Both the position numbers and the translations under genes were made by a program. From positions 2,286,506 to 2,350,505 of the forward strand of contig MU004235.1 of the NCBI GenBank assembly GCA_010405405.1: a stretch of DNA of 64,000 bases. Direction: 5' to 3'. The notes beneath the pieces were generated by a model. The model ran no database searches. It was not told the origin of the DNA and worked only from the letters and a program-made list of their open reading frames with translations. Shown here piece by piece: positions 24,321 to 36,600 of the stretch (the stretch's first letter is position 1; the number at the start of each line of letters is the position of its first letter). This DNA is from Microthyrium microscopicum (Eukaryota).

Positions 24321-26358
24321 ATGTCTGAATCATCATCCCGGCGTACGGGAAGCGCAGAGTTCCCACGCGCACCTTATGGAAATGCCTGCATGGAGTGCGC
24401 CCGCAGCAAGACAAAATGTACCCTTTCCCGTACCGGCCCGAAATGTGAAAGGTAGTAAGCAGTGCCTATTTTACACATTTGTCTCATATTGATGGACTGG
24501 TAGATGTACTCGGCTAGACAAGAGCTGTTCCCCAGCCACCAAAGGTCGCAGACGCGGTGATGTCGGAAAAGGGGCATCGACTGCCCTCGCTTCCAAGACC
24601 GATGCACTAGAAGAGAAACTTGAAGGTGTCTTGAGAATTCTGCAGCATTCGAATCCTAGTGCCTCGTCAGCGCTACATGCCAAAGCTCAACCTGGGGGAC
24701 ACAAGGAGCGACCATCAGAAACGCCAGCGACGTCCGAGTCACTGGCCGGACCTGTAGGTTCGAACTCACTAGCAGGGCACAAAAGATCGTCGAAAAATCT
24801 TCACAAATATCCTCTGGAATCTGAAGCAGAATGCGAGGAGTTCCTAGCAACCTACCGCCTCAAAATGTTACCATTCTTTCCCGCGGTCATTATCCCTCAG
24901 AACACAACGGCCAAAGAACTAAGCATTCAGCGTCCATTCCTCTGGCTAGTCATCAGAGCCATATGTAGCAAAAACTCAGCTCGACAGAAGGCACTGATAG
25001 CGGAAGTTTTCCAAGCACTAAGCAATGACCTTGTGCTCACATGTACAAAAAGTCTCGACCTGCTTCTCGGAATTGTAGTCTTTTCTGGCTGGGCGCTTTT
25101 TTACCTCTATCAAGGGCCAATGCGCTTGACCACAGTGCTACTTCTCGGACAGGGGCTTGCGACGGAGCTTGGATTGCTGAAGCCTGTTCCTCGCGGACCT
25201 TTCGGAAGATTGTTGGGCTTTAGTCGACAGCAGAGCCTCACTTCAGCTACCGGCATGGTTGAATCCACTGGCACGCTGGAAGAGCGAAGAGTAGTACTAG
25301 GACTTGTCCATCTCACTTCAATGTTTGTGGAGCCCATTGCCACAAAATCTTGACCTTTCAAGTGCAAGCTAACCTTTAAATTCTCAGCGCGGCCAACGTT
25401 TTTCACCGCCTTGAACCCATGCAATGGACTCCATATTTGGCGGAGTCCCTACAGAAGCTCAGTGAAGCAAAGGAGTACACCACGGACGAGTTCCTCGTGT
25501 ATCTTGTAAGGGTGCAGCAGATCTGTGACAAGGCTATGTCGACCGATGTTTCCGCAGTCGGTGTTCCTCAAGACGTTTATGTGCAAATCTACCAATCGCA
25601 AATAGAGGAACTCAAACGATCGATCCCGGAACACCTCCAGTCGAACCGTAATAGGCTGCCTCCTTTCGCCTCTTCAACATATGCTGATTATGTTCACAGA
25701 AATATTACAGCTACACATACTTGATGCTCAGATTAGTATCCATGAGCGAAGTCTCATTCCTCAACAACAGCACAAACAGTCTGCCTCAGCTCAAATACAA
25801 CGCCTCGAGAGTATTTGGGCTTGCTTTAATGCAACTAATTCCTGGATTTCGACAATGAATTTCTGTCTTGGTCCTGCTAGCTGGCCACACATGTCGTTGG
25901 CAATATTCGCCCAGATCTCTCATTGTATGATCTCACTGTTTCGCTTGAGCATATTCGAATCCCCTGAAGTCTTTTGGGACCGCCAACGGGCTCGTCAAGA
26001 ACTAGACTTGGCAGAAGTTCTCAAGATGTGGATCGCGAACGGCATAAAAGTTGCCGAAAGCATGAAGATGGACGATAACTCTCTGAGTGATGAAGAGAAT
26101 TGCTGGACTCATCTTGTCAAGCGCTTGTCCTCGGTGCTGGAGTGGTGGGAATCTAAAGTGCTGCCAAGATTGATAGCGACCGAATCTCGAGATCAAGCAT
26201 CGAAGGATGCTTCCGCACTAGCCGCGTTTGACGTTTCGAGTTTGCAAATGGCTGAGCCACTGGACTTGACGATGATGAACTGGGACTTCTTCGATGATCT
26301 ATGGATGCAAGAGCTGATGAATGGAGGCGACGAGCCTATGAGAGACGCTATATATTAG
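24321..26358 (+). CDS. Zn(II)2Cys6 transcription factor
   Basis: The N-terminal exon is missed by the ORF track. It reads MSESSSRRTGSAEFPRAPYGNACMECARSKTKCTLSRTGPKCER/CTRLDKSC (C-x2-C-x6-C-x7-C-x2-C-x6-C across an intron). The middle homology region has MLPFFPAV, QRPFLWLVI, KSLDLLLG and EERR. At least three introns. Confidence 0.88.
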
Positions 26359-26716
26359 TTTCGAGGTATGTCAAAGCCTCGTAAGTAGATGTTCACTTGT
26401 CATTACTCATATCTCAATTGACTCACGTTTGTCAATTTACAGACAAAACATTACATACATCAGCATTATCACCCAAACCGACAATTCACCCAGTTCTAGA
26501 CGAATACGACCTGCGCCTGATTTACTGGCAGCAGTTCCTGGCCTGGAAGAGTCAGCTATATTTGACCAACATAACGAGACACAGACACAAACGAAAAGAT
26601 GAGCAGTTAGACGCGGATACTCAAATACATTATACTACACATCATCGAACATATCTATACAGTTGAAAGAGGCGTACTCGAGCACAGATACAAATACAAG
26701 TCAGAGAATCGGGCAC

Positions 26717-28302
26717 TCACACAGTGGGCGCCACATGCACCTCCCAAGGCGTTTTCAGCACACTGGCATTTGGGAACAGCTTGAATGTCGGATACGTCAC
26801 ATTCGTCGCCAACAATCCAGTGATGGTCTTGTTGCTGACATATGTCAGAAAATCGCCTGATACGGCGACATATTGCAGGAGAGCAACTTTCGGGTCGAGG
26901 GTGATGAGACTGGTATCATTGGTGAAGAATTGCACGAAGGACGAGGCTATGAGGCCAACATCTGTGAGGGATGTGTGGACAGTGCCAACTAAAGAGAGTT
27001 AGTTGATGGGAGAGTCAATGGAAAGATTGGTCGTACGAAGCGTCATGAACCAGCCAGCGCCGGTTTTGTTGAGGGAGCTGGCTGCGATGGATTTGACGAC
27101 ATCGAAGTGCTGACTGCCGTAGAAAGGGGTGGGCTTCGCGCTCCATTCTTCGGAGTCGGGGATGAGAATTGGCAAGGAGACATCAGTGGGGAGTGGACCG
27201 CTGTCTTTGCCACTGGTAACAATCAGTATGATTATGTGATAGACAGGAAAAACTTACGGATCAAACGGTAAAGCGGCAACTGCAGGCACGAGTGGTTTTG
27301 AGTCTTGCAGGTAGCGGAGCTGTGTGTGTCAGAAGAGAAGGGAAGCTGCTAAGTATATTGACACTTACAACTGCGTTCGACCCAAAAGAGTGGCCTGCGA
27401 TTATGGTGCGATTCATGTCAATTCGACCTTTCCATTGAGCAAGAGCCTGGCCTTCGCTGCGCGAGTTGGCGCTGAATACAGCTTGACCGTCGCCGTTGGC
27501 GATAGACTGAAGTGTGCGGGTAACTTCAATAAATTCAGCCTGCCGCATCTCAAGCTGGCGGCGGTGAAACTCGGTGTCATTCATCGTCGGTCTATCTGAT
27601 GTCAGCTACCTTTTATGATCCTTGCAAAACGGCGTTGGCTTACGAGACGACATCCTGTGTAAAAGCTGTCACGTTATACGATGTCCCGTTCTTAAACTTC
27701 ACTACTGTCGCTGGAGAACTGCCATCGCGATGCGCCACGCCGGCTATGACAACTCCGCGACTTGCCATCTCTCCGTAGTACTGCGAATACCAGTCTGTCA
27801 TAGTCGGATTTCCATGGGAGAAGATCATGACTGGAAATGATTCATTACCAGGCAGGAAATTAACATCCACTTCAGCGGGAATAGCTAGATCTGATGCAAA
27901 AATTCCGAACCCAATCTCAATGAGGGCAGGCGAAATTGAGCCATTGAGAGAGTCTGAGAGGCCTTTGGCGATGAGGTCGGCAGAGACAGACAGCCATGGA
28001 TGTTGAGGCTTTGTAGACTTAGTGTTCTTGTCAATAGGATAGTAAACATTGATCAGTGTGGTATCAAGCTTGTTCAGTCAGTCTCTCTGCCAACGTAATC
28101 AACAAGAACTTACCTTGAAGGCGGGTTGTTTGGTAGCTTTGAACACAGTATCCGTGATATTTCTTGGATCCGCAACAGGAACCTCCAGTGCAATGGTCCC
28201 GACTCCATAAGTGCCCGAATACGCTGGCAGTGCCGCGCTTACTAGAGTTGAATAGTTGATGATGGTCAATATCAGACTTGCGTGTCGTAAGAATGAAGCC
28301 AT
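26717..28302 (-). CDS. Secreted PAF-acetylhydrolase-family alpha/beta hydrolase (lipase/phospholipase A2-like)
   Basis: Signal peptide MASFLRHASLILTIINYSTLVSA, then LPAYSGTYGVG, FPVMIFSHG, MASRGVVIAGVAHRDGS and the GHSFG nucleophile elbow. Several introns. Confidence 0.85.
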
Positions 28303-28970
28303 CGCGATCGGATTTGCGGGGGCAGACCACGGTTTTGACTTCAAGTTACCTTCCACGCTCTTGCTTTTATGACCCAAGTCAGGATAACATCTGGAATAAA
28401 TTTCAAGGTCAAGTCAGGCGACTTCTTGTATACCTTCAAGAGGTGCACAGAGTTGGGCCATTTGATCAAAATTGCCTTGGAAATAGGTCCCTTGTGCCCA
28501 ACCAATCAACGTGGAGATCGCTCAAGGCAAGGCTGGAGAGGCTCAAATCCTAGATCAAATCAGACTGTGAAACAGCATTATTACCCTAGTGAATACTACC
28601 TTAGAGTAGTAGTGCGAGGAAATCTTGGAGGGCAAGAATTTTATCGATAATGACTAGTACTATTGAAGGTGGTTCCTTAAAGCTTACCTAACATTGATAC
28701 GACTATATGACTATTAGAACGCAAGGAGCATACCGTATATGCCATTAGGTAGAATATATGATTTGGGTCGAAGAGGAATTATTTTTGAGCGCTAGTATTA
28801 ATTGGTTGCTTACTACTTGCAGCTCCAACTGCGCTTGTCCATATCTTAATTTCAGCTTATTTGTGACGCAACACCATGTCGATCTCCATTGTCTAGTACC
28901 TGGTAGTAACTAAGGTACCCAGGTACCACCAACTCTCTTTTCCTTCAAGCCAGTTATCACCAGTTGTATC

Positions 28971-30068
28971 ATGGCCCATAGCTCGCCGAACATTGCTCTC
29001 CTTCCGAAGCTCACGCGAGCATGCAATGCGTGCATAAAAGCGAAGCGGAAATGTAGCTTAGACTCGCCAAAATGCAAACGTTGCCAAAAAAGACAAAGCG
29101 AATGCGAGTACGTAAATCAGCCACTGACCGCTAAAAACTTCAGTAAAGCGAATAATCGTGTGGAACATGAGTTCAGTACTCCACATACGTCTCCTGGAGC
29201 ACTTAACCCCTATATATACTCCGTATGCATTTGTCTGGACGACCCCATTGCTACGCTTACAGTTGACCCGCGAACACTTCTATTTCTCACAAACCATCTC
29301 AGGAAAGAGATAAACTCCTTCAGCCAGACGGGAACCAACAACTTCATCCATACCAAAACGCCGCCATCTGCACTCCTCAGTGACGTGCGATGCTTGATAA
29401 ACATGCTTGGATCTGAAGAGGCACTGGATCACGCCAGTCAACTCAACACTATTCCACCTGGTTACATGCAACTCCTCCATCATACACTAATCAACATCAT
29501 CTCCGCTATACCTACTCTCCACGACCATGCTAGTCTCCTTCCATTCACGCAATCACTGATACTGGTTCAAATTCTTACCCTCTTTATCCTTCCGCCTGGA
29601 TTCATACCACCATGGATCCAACAAACCAGCCAGGCACGTCGCAAACTTCTCAACCGCGCAATGCGCAAACTCTGGCAAGCAGCTCCAGCCTCTATTTCGT
29701 CAACATTGTCAAAACACGAAGCATATGCCTTGGCTGAGTCGATACGCCGCACTGTAATCATGGCGTTGGAACTCGAAGCGCAATGTAGCGTTTATGAGAC
29801 GGGTGTCTATAGTATTAGCCTCTTTGGAATCACTTTCCCTTTTGATCGGCGCTTCCGCTTATGGGGTATCGAATCTGTGGCATTTGAAAAAGCAATAGAG
29901 AAATCCGGAGATGGTTACGGGATACAGCATATGGTTAGCCATCGCGAATTCTGCGACATGTTCGACCGGAGAGAGCTTGAGCTGGAGGGCCCGTTTGACT
30001 TGCTGTTACTGGTTGGAGCAAAGGGATTGGATACGGTAGAAGCGAGATATGGGATTGAATTCACTTGA
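28971..30068 (+). CDS. Zn(II)2Cys6 domain transcription factor
   Basis: ACNACIKAKRKCSLDSPKCKRCQKRQSECEY binuclear cluster and an AESIRRT motif in the C-terminal region. Single exon. Confidence 0.88.
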   Translation: MAHSSPNIALLPKLTRACNACIKAKRKCSLDSPKCKRCQKRQSECEYVNQPLTAKNFSKANNRVEHEFSTPHTSPGALNPYIYSVCICLDDPIATLTVDPRTLLFLTNHLRKEINSFSQTGTNNFIHTKTPPSALLSDVRCLINMLGSEEALDHASQLNTIPPGYMQLLHHTLINIISAIPTLHDHASLLPFTQSLILVQILTLFILPPGFIPPWIQQTSQARRKLLNRAMRKLWQAAPASISSTLSKHEAYALAESIRRTVIMALELEAQCSVYETGVYSISLFGITFPFDRRFRLWGIESVAFEKAIEKSGDGYGIQHMVSHREFCDMFDRRELELEGPFDLLLLVGAKGLDTVEARYGIEFT

Positions 30069-30150
30069 TTTAATCAAGCGAAGCGGACCGCTAAGTCACA
30101 ATATACTCCTCTCTAACCCCTGCTCATCTACAAGTTGTCCATTAACCACT

Positions 30151-31233
30151 TCAAGTAGCAGCGGGAACGATGGTGAGCACATCCTCAGACTTGGAGGATC
30201 CTTCTCTGTTATCCCACCACTCGACGACACCTTTGACACTCGCTTCGAGATCATCCGTCTCCAAACCTAAAGCGTCATTCCACAAGCCTTTGTTCGCGCT
30301 ATAGTTGTTGAGATTCCCGTTGCCATAGATAGTCGCCCATATGCTTTCAGCTATACCGTCTACATACTCCAGATTGCCGGTCGGTCGAAATCCAGGAAAA
30401 CTCTTCTCAGCTCGCGCATTCCCATCCTTTGCCATCTCTGCTGCATTCACCTGCTTCACTTCGAACTTGCTGCCGGTGTGCTTCTCGAGCAAGTCAAGGA
30501 CTTCGTTCTGCGTAGTGGTGAAGGAGTTGACATAGACGTATTTGTTCTTGGCGAGTTCCGACATGGGCACATTCTTTCCAGTGCCGTCCTGGAACCCTGG
30601 ACTCGGCGTCGCTGAGAGAGCGGCAGCGACCGCGAGCCCAATTTGATCGATATTGGTAGTTTCATATGGAACGTCGCCGCCATCGAAGATCATTGCGGTG
30701 CGTGAGGGAACGTTCCAGCCCATGTTCTCCCGGATCTGGAATGACCAGTCAAAAAATGCACCAGTGCAAATCGCGGACCAAGAAATATCTGATTCGCGGC
30801 TCTGCAAGTACTCAACCACGCTAGTCTTGAGGAGTGCCAATGGCAAATTCTTCTTCAATGAGTCTGAGGCAGATGTGTCTATGCCATATTCCGAAGGAAT
30901 GAATCTCTGCACCGTCTTGGCAGCAATGGCGGCATCAATGATGGCTCTCTGCTGCGCAACCGTGAATGTCGATGTGGCAGAGACGATGGCGTCCTGACCT
31001 TCGAAGCTGGACTGGAAAGCTGAGAGTGCCACGTCCGGGGATGAATAGTCCGCTGTATAGATCTTGATGGAGGAGTCTGGGAACATGTTGCGTGTTCTGT
31101 CTAGTGAGGAAGAGCGAGTGAGAATGGAGATCGTGTAGCCTTGGGGGTGGGAACGTAGGGCATTCACAATGGCTGGGCCTACACTGCCTGTTGCGCCAAT
31201 AACGAGGACATTCTTGATGGATTTAGGAGACAT
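30151..31233 (-). CDS. NmrA/isoflavone-reductase-like NAD(P)H-binding oxidoreductase
   Basis: NVLVIGATGSVG Rossmann motif, GQDAIVS, RFIPSEYG and WSAICTGAFFDW. A TATAAAA lies on the minus strand at ~31348-31354. Confidence 0.88.
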   Translation of the reverse strand: MSPKSIKNVLVIGATGSVGPAIVNALRSHPQGYTISILTRSSSLDRTRNMFPDSSIKIYTADYSSPDVALSAFQSSFEGQDAIVSATSTFTVAQQRAIIDAAIAAKTVQRFIPSEYGIDTSASDSLKKNLPLALLKTSVVEYLQSRESDISWSAICTGAFFDWSFQIRENMGWNVPSRTAMIFDGGDVPYETTNIDQIGLAVAAALSATPSPGFQDGTGKNVPMSELAKNKYVYVNSFTTTQNEVLDLLEKHTGSKFEVKQVNAAEMAKDGNARAEKSFPGFRPTGNLEYVDGIAESIWATIYGNGNLNNYSANKGLWNDALGLETDDLEASVKGVVEWWDNREGSSKSEDVLTIVPAAT

Positions 31234-31462
31234 CTTTGGAAAGGAAACGGCTGTGCTTGTCTATTGAATTGAAAAGAAGGCAGTTGTCGATGTGAGAGTG
31301 GAAGCTGATTTGGGTTTCTCAATTCTATGCTGAAGATGGGGGGATGCTTTTATACCTTTCAAGACGGAGGATCGGTTCAACCTCACCACCTACTAAGCAA
31401 CTTGTTCTGATTCGAACTTGACCTTGATAGTTGTTCTCGCCCATCACCATTCCTGATGAGGA

Positions 31463-31685
31463 TTAGTCTCCGCCATTGCACTCGAGATGCAACCGTGCCG
31501 GCATGTTGAAGAGCGCCTTTTGTGAGTCATTGCTGATGATGCTAGTTTCGAAGAAATCGAGAATAGATAGATCTTCAAGCAGCGTGGAAGTTGAACGATT
31601 CTAAAGGATGAAGAAGTGAAGACTGGAACATGTCAGTCCACTTTGGGTTTAGTCTCCGCACATCCTTTTTAGGCTTAGTCCCCGC
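31463..31685 (-). promoter_or_regulatory. Three copies of GCGGRGACTAA in the promoter of the NmrA-like gene (candidate Zn2Cys6 sites)
   Basis: Plus-strand TTAGTCTCCGC at 31463-31473 and 31649-31659, and TTAGTCCCCGC at 31675-31685. All are in the same orientation and contain a CGG triplet. Confidence 0.55.
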
Positions 31686-32204
31686 GTGCCTTTTTCGTGT
31701 CTAGCTTCCGCAACGCAATGAGGTCCATAACGTTATTCATAACTTTGTCCATAACGTTGCCATGGATAAGCATTGGGAGAATAAAATCAAGACCGGTTAG
31801 CAAGCAAAGTTTTGACCGCGCTTGGACAGGTTGCTCTTGCAGACTGTTCATGGAGATCTGATGATGCGGAATTCACCTTACCATATCCGTACTGCACTTG
31901 CGGAAATATGTTTATGGCCAGTACCCCAAAAAAGGGCATGTTCATATTAAAAATCGAACTTCATTTGAGGCTCAGCTGTAGCGATTTTATTGAGAAATAT
32001 TCAAGATATAACAAGCAGCATTCCAATTGGTTGGTTGCCGCCAGCTTCCGCCGTCTCCATTAAATCTTTTTCTACGCCCCTTCCTTTCACCTTGAAACGT
32101 CCCAATTAGGATTTGCTCCTTGTCAGTCACCAACATTGATGGATTCCTCAATCTTCAACCCCATACCATCAACGATTCTATCATGAGCATCCCAGATTGC
32201 GAGC

Positions 32205-33401
32205 ATGCCCACAGACGACTATTGGGAGAGTGACGAGCTTCAAGACCGCTTATATTATGCTCGCGAACACGAAAAGAGTAAGGAGCAACGCTATTACCCC
32301 AGAAGTCGCGTTGCCTGGCCTCTGCGCAATTTACGACGTTCAAGAACAACTCCATGGATTATAGGATTGACACTGCTGTTCTTGATATGGTGGCTTTCGG
32401 GATCGAGTAGGAATTCGACAAAAGTCGACTGGTCTCGACTTGCATACAGCCAATATGCAACAGATGTCCAGAGCCTTTGCAATGCTTTGATGGTATTCGA
32501 AAGTCTGCATCGGTTGAAAAGCAAGGCTGCTCGCGTGCTCTTGTATCCCCGAGAATGGGTCAAAAATCCGGATCCGATAGCTGTGCGGATGCTGAAGGAT
32601 GCATCGAAGAAATATGGCGTCACTCTGGAACCTGTCGACTTGCTTCGAGCAGACGACAAAGTCGCAAGCCCCGGCACACTCGATAGGCCGAGCGACTGGA
32701 ATCTCAGCATCACCAAGCTCCGAGTTTTCGATCTCATTCAATATGATCGCGTGCTCCATCTGGACAGCGACATCACACTCCTACAGCACCTGGACGAGCT
32801 CTTCACATTACCTAGAACGGCCATCGCGATGCCGCGCGCATACTGGTCTGACGGCGATCCATCTTCCTGGCCGCTCACGTCTCTCATCATGCTAGTGGAG
32901 CCGAATCCAAACGAGTTGCCACTTATGGTCGAAACATTGAAAAAATGGCAAACTCAGTCCGACTACGTCAATCACAAAAAGTACGACATGGACTTACTCA
33001 ATCACCGATTTGGCACATCAGCTTTAGTCCTGCCGCATCGTCCATATGCCATGCTGACAGCTGAATTCCGTTCGCACGATCACACGACGTACCTTGGATA
33101 TCGGAACGGTCCTACCCAGGACATTCGTGGAAAATGGGATCCAGACAGGGCAATGAAGGAAGCAAAGCTGGTTCATTTCAGCGACTGGCCGCTACCAAAA
33201 CCTTGGATCATGTGGCCTGGAGCTGGACTGACCGAGATTCAACCGGATTGTGGTGGTGCAAAGGGAGGATGTAAAGAGAGGGTGCTCTGGAAGGAGTTGT
33301 ATACGAACTTTCGGCGCAGAAGGAAGAATGTCTGTAGGATATTGTCTGTTCCTGCGCCAGATTGGGCGAAGTGGAAGAATACCACGGGCGCAGGCGGCTG
33401 A
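32205..33401 (+). CDS. Glycosyltransferase family 8, GNT1-like type II membrane GlcNAc transferase
   Basis: N-terminal TM helix (WIIGLTLLFLIWWL), LAYSQYATD..LCNALM, SITKLRVF..QYDRVLHLDSD (DxD), AMPRAYW and VHFSDWPLPKPW. Confidence 0.85.
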   Translation: MPTDDYWESDELQDRLYYAREHEKSKEQRYYPRSRVAWPLRNLRRSRTTPWIIGLTLLFLIWWLSGSSRNSTKVDWSRLAYSQYATDVQSLCNALMVFESLHRLKSKAARVLLYPREWVKNPDPIAVRMLKDASKKYGVTLEPVDLLRADDKVASPGTLDRPSDWNLSITKLRVFDLIQYDRVLHLDSDITLLQHLDELFTLPRTAIAMPRAYWSDGDPSSWPLTSLIMLVEPNPNELPLMVETLKKWQTQSDYVNHKKYDMDLLNHRFGTSALVLPHRPYAMLTAEFRSHDHTTYLGYRNGPTQDIRGKWDPDRAMKEAKLVHFSDWPLPKPWIMWPGAGLTEIQPDCGGAKGGCKERVLWKELYTNFRRRRKNVCRILSVPAPDWAKWKNTTGAGG

Positions 33402-33694
33402 CACAAATTCCGTCTGAAGACCATTTTAAGACTTTTTATTCCGATCGACGTAATATAATCAATTCTGAGTGCTCGAGCAGCGACGACACAAATATCTTTT
33501 ATTTTTTAGGGATTGACGTGGGGACGATATCCTCATGAGGGTCGTACAATATGCATGAGAGCGAAAGGAGCATATCCAATAAGACGTGCATGTAGTACAA
33601 TGTAAGGTAGCTCTCAAGCTCCATATCAAAGAACACCTCCCTTTCCCTCTCTCTCCAAGCGTCATATCCCACTCCCTCTCAGCCTGACGAAAAT

Positions 33695-36600
33695 ATGGAC
33701 TTTGAAAGCAGCAACGCAGGCGTGATGTCTGACACTGAGCCCAAGATGATTCGGCCACGAGGATACCAGCTTGAAATGTTCGATCGAAGTATGAAAGGAA
33801 ATGTTATAATTGCTGTAAGTTACCACCACAAATCTAAAACTTTTTGAGACGTTAAGTTAACAATTCCTAGATGGACACTGGAAGTGGCAAAACACACATG
33901 TACGGCGTCATTATTGCTTGTCTTATCCTTGATGTGTCTAATTCTGAATTCAGCGCGTTACTTCGAATAGCCGCGGAAATCGATCGTTGTCCGCCAGGAA
34001 AAGTACAAGCTTGACGGAGTCTATCAGAGGAATTTCCTAACCTCAAATTAGCGAATATGGTTTCTTGCCCCCACCGTCGACCTTTGTGGACAGCAATACA
34101 ATGTCATCTGCTCCTATTTGCCAGCAATAGGTACACGCCTCCTAGTTGGCTCGGACGGTGTCGACCGGTGGAGCGAAAAGCGCATTTGGGATGCTGTTTT
34201 GGAGAATATTCAGATCGTGGTCTCAACCCATGCGGTTTTGGCCGATGCTTTGACACACGGGTTCGTAAACATGCTTGATCTTGCGCTCTTGATATTTGAT
34301 GAAGGTATTGTTTGTTTATTTATTTGATCGCGGACACACAACACTATTTGTCATTGGCTCTCACTGACAGCATTTCTCTGATTATAGCCCACCATTGCTC
34401 TCGAGGGCATCCAGCCAACAGAATCATGTTTCACTACCACTCTGTACGAGATAAGTATGGAACCAAGCGGCTACCTCACATACTCGGTCTATCAGCTAGC
34501 CCCATTGCAAGATCAAAGATATCGGAACTCGAGTATGTCCATGGGTTCGTACCCTTGAACTGATCCAGCTAATGTAATCCAGCAAGATTGAATCGAACCT
34601 CGATTCTATCAGTGTCACGCCTCGAGTCAATCGTCAAGAGCTACTCAAACATGTTCATCGACCGATACTTAGACGACTTGAATATGTGCCATGCGACCCA
34701 GAAGCGGATCACATAGACAGCCAGGCTCTATTCTGCCTCAAAAGAATTTGTAATAATATGAGCATCCCATTTCAGCCTGTTCTACCTCAACCTGGACAAC
34801 CAGCTCAAGCGCAACCCAAGAAATGGAAAGGTACTTCCCTCAAAACCCAGCTTGGCAGTTTCTGCAGGAAGGCTGTTCACATATATGAAGAGCTGGGGCC
34901 ATGGGCCGCGAATTATTTTATTCTGGAGTCCATTGCGGTTTTGGCAAAGCGGCATGATAGCACTAGTATGTTCTCAATCGAAGAGCTCCCAGATCGGGAG
35001 GCACTTCTGCGAACTCTCAACTCTGGCCCACTGCTCAGACTTGGACAGGAGCGTGCGACGGTGAGACATTTCGCTATATCGAACAAGGTTGAGAAGCTCC
35101 TCTGCTTTCTAGAGAAGCTGGACGCCGAGAAGTCATCTGGAATATTATTTGTCAGGCAAAGAGCAACCGTCAGCGTCCTGTGCCATCTCCTATCGGTACA
35201 CCCAAGAGTCAAAGGACAATTTCAATGCGCCACTTTTGTTGGAACTTCGAACAATGCAGCAAGAAAGTACAGCATGGCAGAGCTTCTGGATTTGAAAGCA
35301 CAAAGCGAAACTCTAGGAGAATTTCGCGCCCGAAAGAAGAACCTGATTATAGCGACCGATGTTCTTGAAGAAGGAATAGACATCACAGCATGTAATCTCG
35401 TCTTTTGCTTCGATCCTCCGCCAAACGTCAAATCATTCATCCAACGACGTGGTCGTGCTCGCGCTCAAAAGTCGCAGTTTGTGATTATGTTCCCCGACAA
35501 TGAAGAGGGAGACAAGATCGCAAAGTGGCATCGACTGGAAGAACAACTCATTGAGGCTTATCAGCAGGAGCAAAGAGAAATCAAGGACTTGAGAAACATT
35601 GAAGACGAAACTGTAGAAGTTGTGCCTGGCGAGCTCGTTATCGAATCAACAGGGTATGAGATATGTATATCATCGCGTGGTTACATTAGGACTAACCTTT
35701 TCATAGAGCATGCATCACACCTGACTCGACTATATCTCACATCCATCATTTCTGCGCATGTCTGCCACATGAGCCCTACGTCGACCTTAGCCCAACATTC
35801 TCCTTCGCGGAGAATCCATCCACCAAACGGATATCCGCAACTGTCACTCTTCCAAACTCAGTGATCTCGAGCGTCAGGTCCACTCAAGGACTAAGCACAT
35901 GGAAAACTGAAAAAGCTGCAGCAAAGGACGCTTCTTTCCAGGCATATAAAGCCTTGCATGAGGCTGGTTTGCTCAATGACCATCTACTCCCCCTGTCTCG
36001 TTCATGGACGGAAGATGTAATACCTGACGAAGACGCCATTGCCGCCCTGATCAACAGTAGACCGCAGTACAATCCATGGAAACCACTGGCAGACGCATGG
36101 TCGGAACCTGATATTCATCAAACCCAGATTGTTCTTAGAGGTGATAAAGATGAAGATTTGCATATAACTCTCATCACTCCTGCCGTCATTCCTGCTATTG
36201 ATCAAATCAATTTGTTCTGGGATGAAGAGACGAAGCTTCAGCTGCAATTTGTACCCCCAGTCAGAACATGTCTCGACGACTCTGCGACTATTCCAATTCT
36301 GAGAGACATCACGCGACTCCTCATGAATTCTACCAGTGCTCCAAACGGCAATAGAAGCGTTGATTATGTTGCTCTGGTCAGTCCAAACTTAGCGGAAGAC
36401 CTGTTTTCCGCGTGGCACACTGCCAATGAGGGGGGAACATCCGCTTTTGAGCATTATACTGCTAGAAGCATACCTTCTGGAGTTATCAGACCTTCTACCA
36501 AATCGAGACTTCCTTACCGGTTTGTAGGCTGGTCTGACCCGCTTGGAGAACAGCAAGACGATCCGGAAGTTCACTGTGTTAGCTTGACGAGAAGACGTAA

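Noticed and set aside
32205..33401. GT8 enzyme as the mycosporine glucosyltransferase
   Set aside because: It has type II membrane topology and GNT1-like motifs typical of Golgi glycan modification, and it is about 8 kb and four genes away from the cluster core.
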